Origin: an uncultured bacterium
GTDB taxonomy: Bacteria > Omnitrophota > Omnitrophia > Omnitrophales > Aquincolibacteriaceae
Assembly (NCBI GenBank): GCA_964606385.1
Contig: CAZSFZ010000012.1
Coordinates: 1-63,030, forward strand
Direction of reading: 5' to 3'
Length of the DNA: 63,030 nt
The notes beneath the pieces are model-generated. The model had not been told where the DNA came from. It worked only from the letters and a program-made list of their open reading frames with translations, and searched no databases. Each line of letters opens with the position of its first letter. Within the stretch, counting starts at the first letter, position 1. The translations under genes were made by a program, and so were the position numbers. This document shows positions 1 through 10,188 of the stretch, one piece after another.

Positions 1-3000
1 TCGCCTTCGCAGTGATATCCGCTGTCGTGGTGCCTTGCTGCGAGATCGTGTAATTCCCAAGGTCGGCGCCACCCAGCACATTCGTCAAAATCACCGTCTT
101 GCCATTGGCAGCATTCTTATCACTGAACAATCCGCTTGAGGAAACCGTCAGATCATCTCCGGCAACTTTGCCTGCAAATGTCGCCACCGCGGTTGAAATG
201 GCCACATCTCTCGTGGAATCGTAAACCTTATCCGAAGCCGTGATCCCGGAGAGAGTGATCGGTTTTGCGGTGATGTTCGCGCTCGCTACCGCACTCGTGG
301 AAGCAAGCGAGTAATTGGCGGCATCCGTTCCGCTGATCGAAAGACCGCTGACACTCACGACTTTCCCTGCACCTACATTCTTGTCGGCAAACGCCGCTGC
401 CGTATAAGCATCCGTCAGCACATCCCCCGCAACACGGTTATCGGAAAGAATAACACTGCCAGCCGTGGTCCCGTCATAGGTCTTGTTCACACCCGCCGCC
501 GTAACCGTCAGAGTCCTGGGAGTGATCGTGAGGTCTCCCGCTACGAACGTGATGTCATAACCCTGCTGGGTGGAATAAAGCCCGCCGGGCGTGAGACCTC
601 CGATATAAGTGCCGACATTCTTGCTGGGGCTGGTGAAGCTTACCGTGCCCAAAAGCTCCGAAGAAGGAGTCGCCGAATACGTCACCCCGTTCCCCTGAAC
701 AGTCGTAGAACCGTTATAAGTATTCGTGGCCGAATTCGCCGTCACCGTCAATGGTGTCAGGAAGGTTTTTAAAAGAGGGGCTGTGTATCCTTCATAGATC
801 TTCCAGGTGCTTGTGAGATCCCAGCCGGAGAACGTGGAGGATTGCTTCATCTCGGCATCCGTCACAAGAATCCCGAATCCGTTATTGTGAGCTGCATCCG
901 TAAAGTATGAGCCTGTGATGCTTGCATCTCCGGCCCCTACCAATCCACCAGCTCCAGTACCGCCAACGAGAACAACACTTCCCGTCGCATAGGAATTAAT
1001 GACGAGACCTGGACCGCTTTGTTGCCAGACTGCCCCGATAAGACCTCCGACATGAGATTCGCCCGTTGCATTCCCCGTAGCATACGAAGATTGAACTGTG
1101 CCGTCGCTTCTTCCGACCAAACCTCCGATTCCATCGCGTCCGATCACGTTAGCGCTACTGCCTGATCTTTCAATGGTCCCCACGCCCGCCCCTACGAGTC
1201 CTCCCACATGACCCGATGCACTCTCAACCGCTCCGCTAGAAAAAACATTCGAAATGCTCCCCATGTTATGACCAACGAGCGCCCCAACATTGTACTCGGA
1301 ACCAGTCACAGAAACTTCACTCAGAACAACATTTCTAATATCACCGCCCGAGGAGACCCTTGCAAAGAGCCCAAGATCGCCTTCATTCCTATCAATCGAG
1401 AGATGATCGATGGAGAAAAATGCCCCATCAAAAGAACCATCAAATTCACCATACACATCCCCCACGGGATCAAACCCTGCTCCGGCGTTCCAGTTGGCGG
1501 TATCCGAGGCATCGATGTCATTCCCGAGGGTATAGGAAGCATCAAGATCGAGTGCCATCATCTGAAGTTGAGTGACATTGGTGATGGTATCGGTCCACTC
1601 CATCTGCAGATGCGGCAGCCCCGCCATGATCCAGACGCCATTATGTCCGGCGCTCACTCCGTCCGCATCAAAATCCCAGCCTGAAAATGTCGCCTGCTGC
1701 ATCATCTCGGCTGTGGTCTTTGGCGTTCCGCGACCGTCATTGTTACTCATGCCCGAGGTCTCGGAATCGTAGTAAGAGTTCGATACGGAACCGGCGCCAT
1801 ATGGGTTGTTCATAAGCCCGCTGAAACCGCCGACATTGCCTCCGGTCGCCGTCACATGCCCGGTGGAATAGCTATGAGACGCCGAACTGCCGCCCGCCAG
1901 CATACCCGCAAAACCGCCCACTTCGTCCGCGCCGATCACATTTCCAGTCGCATAGCTGTTGTCGACGGTAATGTGGTACCAGATATTTCCCACCAATCCG
2001 CCGACGCGGTTTCCAGTTGCCGTTACATTGCCGGTCGCATAAGAATTATAAATATGTCTGCCCCATCCATCCGAACCGCCGGCAAGACCGCCCACCTGAA
2101 ACCGTCCGCTTACAGCGTTTGTCGAATAACAATTTTCCAGATCCACGTGATAGACCCAACCGATCAGACCACCAACACTGTCCCGTCCCGAAACAGTCCC
2201 GCCCGTCGAATAGGCATTTGAGACCAGTTTGCCGTCGTAATTCGCCTGGCCAGCAAGGAATCCGACAGCATCCTGGCCGGTGATACTTCCCCCGATAAAA
2301 CCGACATTCGAGATATCTTTATCACCGTTCGTTGCACCAAAAAGCCCGACATAGTTCTCGGTGGGCCTGTTGATATAAAGATCCGAGATGGTGTGATGGT
2401 TCCCGATGAAATCACCAAAAAACATGTTTGTACCATCCCCCACCGGATCAAATCCGGCGCCGGCATTCCAATAGGCTGTTGCACTGGCATCGATGTCGTT
2501 GGCGAGTGTGTAAGATGCGGAAAGATTCAGGTTCATGTTCTGGAGTTGGAGGAGTGTCGTGATATTCTGCGACCATTCCCAATCGAGGTGAGGGTATTGA
2601 CTCCCTTCAAAAGCAACCCACCCACCATTTCCATCACCAAACGTCCATCCAGAGTAAGTAGCCTGCTGCTTCATTTGCGTAGTGGTCTGGGGGGTCCCGC
2701 GATTATCATTATCGTTTTGACCGCTTGTATTTTGATCATAAAAAGAATTGGTCACGGGTGAGCCATAACCATTTCTCCCTATCAGCCCTCCAAAGTTGCT
2801 GGTTCCTGCCACGTTCCCGGTAGAATAAGTATTTAAGATCGTCCCTCCGTTATACTCACCCACAAGCCCCCCCACCACGCTAGAACCCGTGACGTTGCCG
2901 GATGCGTAGCTATTAGCAATCGTTCCTGGGCCGGTACTCGAATGATACCCTACTAAACCGCCCACAGCTTGTGTCCCAACAACCGCTCCTGTTGCATAAG

Positions 3001-5428
3001 AATCGCTGATGCTGGCCTGGCCATTTTGACCAACTAAACCTCCAACTTTGCTGAGGCCATTGACATTTGCCGCCGCATAAGAGTTCACGAGACTTTTGCC
3101 ATTCACAGAATATGCTAAACGTCCTACTAATCCTCCTACATAATCAGTCCCACTGACAGCTCCGCTTGAATAACTATTCGAGACATTCCCATATCCATCA
3201 CCAGCTAAGGCGCCAACATATTGCGCCCCTGTCATGGATATATTTAAAAGACCGATATTGGTCAGTTGGCTTGTCGATGCTGCGGAACCAAACAATCCCA
3301 CATAATCCTCTGCGGGACGATTAATTGTTAGACCTGCAATCACATGGGCACTCCCATCAAAAGTACCCGCATACGGAAAGCCCGGGTTACCTATCGGATC
3401 AAAACCCGCGCCACTGTTCCAGATCGATGTTTCGGAGGCATCAATGTTATTGGCGAGTTTGTAGTTGTAACCGAGATTCTGGTCCATGTATTGCAAACCA
3501 CCGGGGGCATCGGACACCGAATAGATCATGTGATTACTGCCGACCGTCACATCTTTCGAAAAGGTCGTGCCGTACTCGGTCCTGATCGTGTTCACGCTGA
3601 TATCATCACTCGTAGTCCCTGTGAAAGTCGGAGTGTACGAACCCTGCCGATCAAATGTCAGGAGATTGACATTGGAAATAATTCCGACCGTAGAATTTTG
3701 GCTTGCGCGGAGCGTCAGATCATAGCCTCCCCCTGCAATGGTCGAGGTCGTGGCCATCGTGATAAGGCCGGTGCCGTTCATGTCACTATCAGCATTGAAC
3801 ACCGTATCTCCCGTAAGAGTCACCGTTACCCCGGCATTGATCACGATATTCGCGATATCGTTGATCGTTCCCGACACGTTCGTGTTCGCGGCGTAGGTGA
3901 TCGCGTCATCCAGGTTGTCATGAAAAGACTGGCCGACGTGATATTCTCCCCCGATATTGAAGGCCGCGGCCCGCTCCCGCAGATACGCCGCCGTGAGATT
4001 GCCCATCGTTTCAATGTTGCCGGCAACATCCATTTCAATACTGCCGTCGGTGGCATCCATCGTCCCCTCATTCACAAACGATCCAACCGATCCGACCTCC
4101 GGGGTCGGATTGGGTCGATTGCTTCCCACGCTCACCTCGATCTTTCCATGGATGGCTTCGAGCAGCATCTTGTTGTAAGCCGTCTGGTCGGCCGTTAGCT
4201 GGACCGCCCCATGGTCAGCTTTCATCACGCCTTCGTTCGTGATAACGCCCTGCGTAGCCACGACTTTGACCAGCCCCTCATCGGCCTGAAGAGTTGCCTT
4301 ATTGGTCACATCCTTAGCCGCCGTGATCTCGACCTTGCCTTTGTTAGCTTCCACCGTCCCGGCATTAACGATCGATCCACGGCCCACGCCCTCCGGTCCA
4401 CGCAACTCTTCCCCTCCCGTGGCCCGTGGCCCATGGCCCGCGGCACTAATCTTCACCGTACCCCCCGACGCTTTAATGATCGCTTCATTATAGATATCAT
4501 CCAGCGATTGAAGTTCGATTACGCCGTTATCCGCCATGACAGCGCTGACGGCATTCCCGTGCTTCTCAAGGCTTATAGCCTTCTCAAAGAGCCCGTCCAT
4601 GGCTTGGGCATTGAGGATAACTTTGCCGCCGTCCGCCGAGATCGACCCTGAGTTCTTGATCTGGTCCTTGAGACCCATCGTGTTCGCCGTCGCTTCATCG
4701 ACCCCAATACTCACCATGCCGTCAGGCGAGATACCGACCGTCACCGTGTTGCCCGCGGCGAGGGCCACGGTGCCCATCGGAACTTCGATCGTTCCTGAGT
4801 TTTCAATGGCATTAGCAATAAGGGCCACGAGGTCCGCGTTGTTCCCCACGATCTTGCCGTCGTTCGTGAGGAATCCGCCTTCTCCCGAGAAGGCATACTG
4901 CCGTGCGAAAAAGTCCGTTGCGTTCAGGTTGAGAGGAATGGTGGAAGCAAGGAGTGAGGCATTGTTCAGGTTGATCATGGCGCTTGAGCCGATATTAATC
5001 CCGGCGATATTCTGGAGGATAAAGGCAAGGTTTGAGAGGTTCATCGTGCCGAAAATGTTCGAGGCCTGGCCGCCGTTCACGAGAAGCGCCAAGCTCGCGT
5101 TCTGGCTGAGGCCTGAGATGTTATAAATATTATTCTGCGGCACGTTGAACTCGGGGACGTTCCACACGGGGTTCCCCGTGACGTTCCAGTTCGTGGTGTT
5201 CTCCTGCGTGTTGACTTCTACACTGCCGCCTTCCAGGTTGATCGTCTCGGCCATCACCGGACTCACGCACATCGACCACGCAAACACAAAAGCTGTAAAC
5301 GCCGCCGTCGCTTTCCGCCAACCCATCCGACCCCGGAGGTCGGATTGGGTCAACTCTGTGGCTAGGCCGGTGGCATCAGATTCACCTGGCACAGCCCTGT
5401 TCTGGGTTGTATATATTTTCTTTTTCAT
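1..5428 (-). CDS. Large filamentous-haemagglutinin/TpsA-like exoprotein (secretion domain, three GLUG-type passenger modules, MBG/YDG-type repeats); 3' end runs off the window
   Basis: Absent from ORF track (no stop in window). ATG 5428 after GGAGG; translated by hand in one frame to base 2. Signal-like ATAAFTAFVFAWSMCVSPVMA, TPS-like IENSGTI..GTVALAAG, three modules starting Y.LANDIDAS.T..WN.GAGFDP.G with many VGGLVG/SYATG motifs, then NKTYDGTT / KVYDST / DKNVGAGK repeats. Confidence 0.9.
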   Translation of the reverse strand, partial: MKKKIYTTQNRAVPGESDATGLATELTQSDLRGRMGWRKATAAFTAFVFAWSMCVSPVMAETINLEGGSVEVNTQENTTNWNVTGNPVWNVPEFNVPQNNIYNISGLSQNASLALLVNGGQASNIFGTMNLSNLAFILQNIAGINIGSSAMINLNNASLLASTIPLNLNATDFFARQYAFSGEGGFLTNDGKIVGNNADLVALIANAIENSGTIEVPMGTVALAAGNTVTVGISPDGMVSIGVDEATANTMGLKDQIKNSGSISADGGKVILNAQAMDGLFEKAISLEKHGNAVSAVMADNGVIELQSLDDIYNEAIIKASGGTVKISAAGHGPRATGGEELRGPEGVGRGSIVNAGTVEANKGKVEITAAKDVTNKATLQADEGLVKVVATQGVITNEGVMKADHGAVQLTADQTAYNKMLLEAIHGKIEVSVGSNRPNPTPEVGSVGSFVNEGTMDATDGSIEMDVAGNIETMGNLTAAYLRERAAAFNIGGEYHVGQSFHDNLDDAITYAANTNVSGTINDIANIVINAGVTVTLTGDTVFNADSDMNGTGLITMATTSTIAGGGYDLTLRASQNSTVGIISNVNLLTFDRQGSYTPTFTGTTSDDISVNTIRTEYGTTFSKDVTVGSNHMIYSVSDAPGGLQYMDQNLGYNYKLANNIDASETSIWNSGAGFDPIGNPGFPYAGTFDGSAHVIAGLTINRPAEDYVGLFGSAASTSQLTNIGLLNISMTGAQYVGALAGDGYGNVSNSYSSGAVSGTDYVGGLVGRLAYSVNGKSLVNSYAAANVNGLSKVGGLVGQNGQASISDSYATGAVVGTQAVGGLVGYHSSTGPGTIANSYASGNVTGSSVVGGLVGEYNGGTILNTYSTGNVAGTSNFGGLIGRNGYGSPVTNSFYDQNTSGQNDNDNRGTPQTTTQMKQQATYSGWTFGDGNGGWVAFEGSQYPHLDWEWSQNITTLLQLQNMNLNLSASYTLANDIDASATAYWNAGAGFDPVGDGTNMFFGDFIGNHHTISDLYINRPTENYVGLFGATNGDKDISNVGFIGGSITGQDAVGFLAGQANYDGKLVSNAYSTGGTVSGRDSVGGLIGWVYHVDLENCYSTNAVSGRFQVGGLAGGSDGWGRHIYNSYATGNVTATGNRVGGLVGNIWYHITVDNSYATGNVIGADEVGGFAGMLAGGSSASHSYSTGHVTATGGNVGGFSGLMNNPYGAGSVSNSYYDSETSGMSNNDGRGTPKTTAEMMQQATFSGWDFDADGVSAGHNGVWIMAGLPHLQMEWTDTITNVTQLQMMALDLDASYTLGNDIDASDTANWNAGAGFDPVGDVYGEFDGSFDGAFFSIDHLSIDRNEGDLGLFARVSSGGDIRNVVLSEVSVTGSEYNVGALVGHNMGSISNVFSSGAVESASGHVGGLVGAGVGTIERSGSSANVIGRDGIGGLVGRSDGTVQSSYATGNATGESHVGGLIGAVWQQSGPGLVINSYATGSVVLVGGTGAGGLVGAGDASITGSYFTDAAHNNGFGILVTDAEMKQSSTFSGWDLTSTWKIYEGYTAPLLKTFLTPLTVTANSATNTYNGSTTVQGNGVTYSATPSSELLGTVSFTSPSKNVGTYIGGLTPGGLYSTQQGYDITFVAGDLTITPRTLTVTAAGVNKTYDGTTAGSVILSDNRVAGDVLTDAYTAAAFADKNVGAGKVVSVSGLSISGTDAANYSLASTSAVASANITAKPITLSGITASDKVYDSTRDVAISTAVATFAGKVAGDDLTVSSSGLFSDKNAANGKTVILTNVLGGADLGNYTISQQGTTTADITAKA
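4083..4117. repeat. Palindromic REP-like element inside the exoprotein CDS
   Basis: CCGATCCGAC-CTCCGGG-GTCGGATTGG; core matches 5321-5350 and the elements after both groEL genes. Confidence 0.75.
5318..5353. repeat. Palindromic REP-like element inside the exoprotein N-terminal coding region
   Basis: ACCCATCCGAC-CCCGGAG-GTCGGATTGGGT. Confidence 0.75.
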
Positions 5429-5624
5429 TTTTTTGCCTCCAATAGAAGCGTATCCTTTACTAAAGGATAAGACAAGATGCAATTAATAGCATTTTTATTC
5501 TTTATTACCAATGTAATAAATTTTAGCATTTCTAGACATAAATTATAATAAAATTGACCACACAATGATCAAAAATTGAGCATATTAATAGTGTTGGTTC
5601 CAAGGTTGGCAGAGAGGTGGGGTT

Positions 5625-6203
5625 CTAGAAGATCAGATCGATCAGGAAAAGGGCGCCAAGCAGAATGCCTTTTTCGGATACATCGGCTTCGAACGGGAAC
5701 ACGATCCCGAAGTGGTCGTTACTGGTGACGCCCTGCTCCGCGATACGGACCGGGCGCCGGCTGATCTTGCCGAGAACCCGCTCGTCTTTAAGGATATGGA
5801 AAGATTCGGGATTCTCAGAAAGGCCTTTGACATCGCAAAGCTCCTCCCCGGAGCCTTCGAGAGCCTGAAAGTGCGTTTTAGAATTGCCGTGACGCTGGAT
5901 GACCCCCAAGAGTTCTTCGGAGGCGTCATAGACCTCCATCTTGCTTCCGAAGATCCCGGCATGTTTTTGGAAATAAAGGATCTGTTCGCCTTTTTTATTC
6001 AGAAGATAAAGCGTGCAGGAGGGCGCCTTGCGGAAAACACCCATGTCCGAGACCGCCCCGCCTTCCGCGACCGCGTAATAGATCTCTTCCTCCGAGATAT
6101 CCGAGAGACAGCAGACGGGCTTCAGCTTCCAATTCTCGGGAATGCTCGTGTATCTTTTCTTTTCGCGGATGATCAGCGAATCCAGAGAGCCTAACTGCTT
6201 CAT
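5625..6203 (-). CDS. LURP-one/phospholipid-scramblase-like (Tubby C-terminal-like) protein
   Basis: 192 aa; YLLNKKGEQILYFQK, MEVYDASEELLGVIQR, LGKISRR, FGIVFP...LLGALFLIDLIF pattern. Confidence 0.6.
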   Translation of the reverse strand: MKQLGSLDSLIIREKKRYTSIPENWKLKPVCCLSDISEEEIYYAVAEGGAVSDMGVFRKAPSCTLYLLNKKGEQILYFQKHAGIFGSKMEVYDASEELLGVIQRHGNSKTHFQALEGSGEELCDVKGLSENPESFHILKDERVLGKISRRPVRIAEQGVTSNDHFGIVFPFEADVSEKGILLGALFLIDLIF

Positions 6204-6304
6204 AGCCCTTCACCCCAATCGAGACAGGAAACGCCAGGCGCGTTCCCGTCTTTTGTTTTAACAATCATCGGACCTATGATGACACCCATGAGCATTCATG
6301 ACTT

Positions 6305-6395
6305 CTAATAACCAAACACCAAGGTACAAATCCCAAACAAATTCCAAAAACACAAGAACCAAACTCTTGGTTATTGTATCTTGATTTTTGGTTTT
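6305..6395. repeat. Pseudo-palindromic heptamer-repeat element
   Basis: Left arm ACCAAAC/ACCAAGG/CCCAAAC/TTCCAAA, right arm TTGGTTA/TTGTATC/TTGATTT/TTGGTTT. Confidence 0.65.
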
Positions 6396-7247
6396 TTACC
6401 GTGCCCTGAGATAACGCCGGACCAGGGCGATCAGAAAAAGAGGCGTCAGCGTGATTCCCAGGAGCGCCTCGACCGACGCCACACCCCGGATCCAACCCAA
6501 GGGCACATAGTCGCCGTACCCCATGGTCGCATAGGTCATGACACTCAGGTAGAACGATTCAAAAAGATCGGCTTTCTCAATAAGCCCTCCGGTCAGGACC
6601 AAACCGGACACATGGTAGCACAAAGCGCTCAGGATGATGACCCCGCAAGCGACCCCGAGCACGCGAAAAGGCATTTCCCCGTAGCCCCAAACCGCCCGAT
6701 CCATGGAGCCGAAAAACCAATGGATAAAGGCCGCCATCCGTTCTCTCCATGAAACCGGCTCAAGGCCGACCGCGTGCTTCGCCGGTTCTCGCTTCCGGGT
6801 AAAGGTCTTCCACAGGCGGGCCAGTCGGGCGTCCTGGGCGCGGCAGTAGCAATAAGAAAATTTCGGGAAATCCCCCTCTTTTTCGTAAAGAAGGGCGGCT
6901 TCCCTAAAAAGCGATTCGGCGTAAGCGGAATCCTTTGCCTCGACCGCCTGAAGCGCGGCCAACTCGTTGCGGGTCGCTGCATTACGAAGCGGCTGCCAGC
7001 CGGTATGGATATTCCAACAGGTCGCGGCGGAGGAAAAACAGACCGCGGCTTTGAGAGGTTCTCCCGCTTCCTGAAAAAGCCGGGCCGCCTTGTCGAAAGT
7101 CTGGAACGCCTGATCGATCTTGCCGTCGGCGCGAAGTTTGTAGGCCTCCCGTTCGGCGGCAACGGCCTGCTCGGCCTTGGGCCCGGCAGGAGGCACGTTG
7201 AAATGAGGCGTTTTGGGATCCATAGGAAGCATTCTACTCTCTTTCAA
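6396..7247 (-). CDS. 2-TM potassium-channel-domain protein with N-terminal TPR/SNAP-like helical region
   Basis: Pore helix/filter SFYLSVMTYATMGYGDYVP between two TM helices; helical repeats N-terminally. Start uncertain (7247, or a later Met). Confidence 0.8.
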   Translation of the reverse strand: MKESRMLPMDPKTPHFNVPPAGPKAEQAVAAEREAYKLRADGKIDQAFQTFDKAARLFQEAGEPLKAAVCFSSAATCWNIHTGWQPLRNAATRNELAALQAVEAKDSAYAESLFREAALLYEKEGDFPKFSYCYCRAQDARLARLWKTFTRKREPAKHAVGLEPVSWRERMAAFIHWFFGSMDRAVWGYGEMPFRVLGVACGVIILSALCYHVSGLVLTGGLIEKADLFESFYLSVMTYATMGYGDYVPLGWIRGVASVEALLGITLTPLFLIALVRRYLRAR

Positions 7248-7279
7248 ATATCACGCAACATTCACGGCTTCAAAGTTGA

Positions 7280-7400
7280 AAAACTCTAAACGCAAAACAC
7301 TAAACTCTAAATAACTCAAAACTCAAATCTAAAAAGAAAACCTCTTTAAATTTTGAATTTAGGATTTGTTTAGGATTTAGAGCTTAGGATTTCGGATTTA
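7280..7400. repeat. Pseudo-palindromic heptamer-repeat element
   Basis: AACTCTA/AACACTA/AACTCAA left; TTTAGGA/TTTAGAG/CTTAGGA/TTTCGGA right. Confidence 0.75.
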
Positions 7401-7407
7401 TGCGGGA

Positions 7408-8904
7408 CTATTGCCAACTCTCGCGGCGGGCGAGGGCTTTCTGGTAGACGTCCTCGTATTGCTTGGCGGAATCGAGCCAGGAGAAATGCTGGACCATGCC
7501 GCGCTTGCGCATGAGATCCAGGTGCTCGGGCCGGTCGTAGTAAGTGCTCACCGCCCATCCGACGGTATCGTAGATCGCCTGCGGCGTTCCGAGATCGTAA
7601 AGGAATCCGGTCCCGAAACCGGTTTTTTCTTCGTAGGGAATGATCGTGTCCTTCAGCCCTCCGGTCGCGCGGGCGATCGGAAGCGTCCCGTATTTCAGGC
7701 TGTAGATCTGGTTAAGGCCGCAAGGTTCATAGAGAGACGGCATCAGGAAAAAGTCGGCTCCCGCTTCGATGAGGTGCGCCTTTCGCTCGTTGTAGCCGAT
7801 CCAGGCGCCCACCTTACCGGGATAAAGCGCCGGAAGCCCGCCGAAAAAATCCTCCTGGGCTTTTTCCCCGCTCCCGACAATGGCGAACTGCACCGCCATA
7901 TCGCGAAGGATGCGGTGCATAACCAGCATCAATTGCTGAAAACCTTTTTGTTCGGCGAATCGCGAAACGATGCCCACGATCGGAAGGTCCCCGGCCGGAT
8001 CGAGCAGGAATTCTTTCCGGAGCGCCTGCTTGCAAACTTTTTTCCCGGACATGTCCTGAAGGGAATAATTCGCCGGAATCAGTTGGTCGGTCGCCGGGTC
8101 CCAATGGTCATAGTCCGCGCCGTTCAGGATCCCGTAAAGGTCGTCTTTGCGGCGCTGGATATAAACTGAAAGGCCGTTCGCGCCGGGTTCCCCGAGGATC
8201 TCTCTGGCGTAAGTGGGGCTCACGGTCGTAATCGCGTCGGCGTAGAAGACCGCCCCTTTCATGAAATTGATGCCGCCGAAATTTTCGAACTTGGCATCCG
8301 TGAAATTATCCCGGCCAAGTCCCAAAAAACCGTACGAGTCGGCCCGGAAGGTCCCCTGATAGGCGATATTGTGGATGGAAAAAACGCTCGCGCTATTGGC
8401 AAAAAAAGGATTCCGCTGTTCCCAGAGCTTCAGGTACGGTGCGACCAGCGCGGTCTGCCAATCATGGCAGTGAATGATATCGGGCTGGAACTTGAGGTCC
8501 TGGCAGAGCTGGATGCAGGCCCGCGAAAAAAAACCAAAACGTTCGGGATTGTCCGCGAATTCCCAATTGCCGTCGTCGTAAAGCCCGGCGCGGCCAAAAT
8601 AGCTTTCATGTTCGATAAAATAAACGGGGAAACCGTCCGACTTTCCTTCCAGGGCCTGACACCACACGACACCGTTCCCGGTGGAAACCCCCATCGGCCC
8701 CAGGATGGGCTTCAGGCCGTATTTTTCCTTGCTGATGGACCAGTACCTTGGAAGGACAAGACGCACATCGTGCCCGAGTTTCTTGAGGATCTTGGGCAAC
8801 GCGCCGCAAACGTCCCCAAGGCCGCCGGTCTTGATGAACGGCACCGCCTCGGAGGCTGCGAAAAGGATCTTGAGTTTTTTACCGTTACTTTTACTTTTTT
8901 TCAT
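7408..8904 (-). CDS. glgA: Glycogen synthase (GT5)
   Basis: SEAVPFIKTGGLGDV, HCHDWQT, IHNIAYQG, MPSLYEPCGLNQ. Confidence 0.97.
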   Translation of the reverse strand: MKKSKSNGKKLKILFAASEAVPFIKTGGLGDVCGALPKILKKLGHDVRLVLPRYWSISKEKYGLKPILGPMGVSTGNGVVWCQALEGKSDGFPVYFIEHESYFGRAGLYDDGNWEFADNPERFGFFSRACIQLCQDLKFQPDIIHCHDWQTALVAPYLKLWEQRNPFFANSASVFSIHNIAYQGTFRADSYGFLGLGRDNFTDAKFENFGGINFMKGAVFYADAITTVSPTYAREILGEPGANGLSVYIQRRKDDLYGILNGADYDHWDPATDQLIPANYSLQDMSGKKVCKQALRKEFLLDPAGDLPIVGIVSRFAEQKGFQQLMLVMHRILRDMAVQFAIVGSGEKAQEDFFGGLPALYPGKVGAWIGYNERKAHLIEAGADFFLMPSLYEPCGLNQIYSLKYGTLPIARATGGLKDTIIPYEEKTGFGTGFLYDLGTPQAIYDTVGWAVSTYYDRPEHLDLMRKRGMVQHFSWLDSAKQYEDVYQKALARRESWQ

Positions 8905-8989
8905 CCGGAATCGCCCGCATTAAAACGTTGAAGGGAGGATTATACCCAAGGAGAGAAAATAAACCACACCGAATCTGCAAGCTCGCGGA

Positions 8990-10033
8990 TCAGGCGGGCA
9001 GCGTGAAAAAGAAAGTCGAGCCCTCGCCGGGCCGCGACTCCACCCAAATACGGCCGCCGTAACGCTCGATGATCTTCTGACAGGTCGCGAGGCCAATGCC
9101 CGAGCCCGGATACTTCTGGCGGGTCGGCAATTTTTCGAACATAAGAAAAACACGATCGCGCGACTCTTCGGGGATCCCGATCCCGTTATCCCGGATCGAA
9201 AAGCGCCACTCTTTTCCCTGCCGGACAGCCGCTATGTGGATCCGTGGCCCCCGCTCGCAATACTTCATCGCGTTCCCGATCAGGTTCTGGAAAAGGAGCG
9301 CGGCCAACCCGGCATTGATCGCGATCCTAGGCAGAGGGTCCGAGGTGATCTCCGCCTTTTTCTCCACGATCCTGAAATGAAGGTCTTCAAGCACTTCCTT
9401 CACGACCTTGTCCAGATCGACCGGAACGGCCGGAATGTCCGGCTTGGAGACGGTGGAATAGTTGAGAAGCGCCTTGATGAAACCGCTCATGCGCTTGACG
9501 CCCTGGATCACATGGTCCGCGAAGCTTTTGGTCTCCTCATCCCCGGTCTTCTCGTGTTTTTCCCGGATGAGTTCCGAATATCCCAGAATGGTCGCCAAGG
9601 GGGATTGAAGATCATGCGCCGCTTTCGCGGCAAATTGTTCGAGCTCGCGGTTCGACCGGGTAAGCTCCTTGGATTTCGCTTCCAAAAGCACGGCCCCGCG
9701 GCGCACCAAATGGGTCAGCCAGAAGATCAGCATAAAAATAAACAGATGAAGGACCGTGTCCAGCAGGAATGTTCTGAGATCGTCGGTATATCCCTCATAT
9801 CTCTGGGCGCTCGTCCACAAAAGCGTGATGAAAAGGGTCATCAAAAACCCCGGACGGCTTCCCACATACCAGGTAACAAGCATGATCGAAGGAAAATAAA
9901 AAATGTCGAACGCGACCATGTTCCGCGTGGCAATGTCGAGGAAAAAGCAGAGCAGGGAAATAGACAGGACCAGGAAAGTAAAAAAAACCGGGGAGATCTT
10001 CTCACGTTCAACGGACAGGATCTTGGGCAACAT
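8990..10033 (-). CDS. Membrane sensor histidine kinase
   Basis: N-terminal TM helices, H-box AAHDLQSPL, N-box FQNLIGNAMKY, DNGIG, GSGIGL. Start placed at MLPKIL (10033). Confidence 0.9.
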   Translation of the reverse strand: MLPKILSVEREKISPVFFTFLVLSISLLCFFLDIATRNMVAFDIFYFPSIMLVTWYVGSRPGFLMTLFITLLWTSAQRYEGYTDDLRTFLLDTVLHLFIFMLIFWLTHLVRRGAVLLEAKSKELTRSNRELEQFAAKAAHDLQSPLATILGYSELIREKHEKTGDEETKSFADHVIQGVKRMSGFIKALLNYSTVSKPDIPAVPVDLDKVVKEVLEDLHFRIVEKKAEITSDPLPRIAINAGLAALLFQNLIGNAMKYCERGPRIHIAAVRQGKEWRFSIRDNGIGIPEESRDRVFLMFEKLPTRQKYPGSGIGLATCQKIIERYGGRIWVESRPGEGSTFFFTLPA

Positions 10034-10188
10034 ATAAGGAAACAGTATAGGCCCACTTCCCCGCCTGTCAACGCTTCGCCTTGAGGCGCGTGTTATAATC
10101 CGGCATGCCCAATTCTCTTTCAAAAAATTCAACGGCTCATTGGACTTGCCCCAGCAACCATTCTTTAAAAGAAAATAAATGCCGGGTC

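Noticed and set aside
361-1545. Possible frameshift in the exoprotein (suggested by short minus-strand ORFs 937..1134 and 1321..1545)
   Set aside because: Hand translation stays open; ATG 5428 is in frame with the codon at 4-2.
1208-5486. Plus-strand ORFs such as 3344..4198 and 4536..5126
   Set aside because: Antisense shadows of the long minus-strand exoprotein frame; no motifs.
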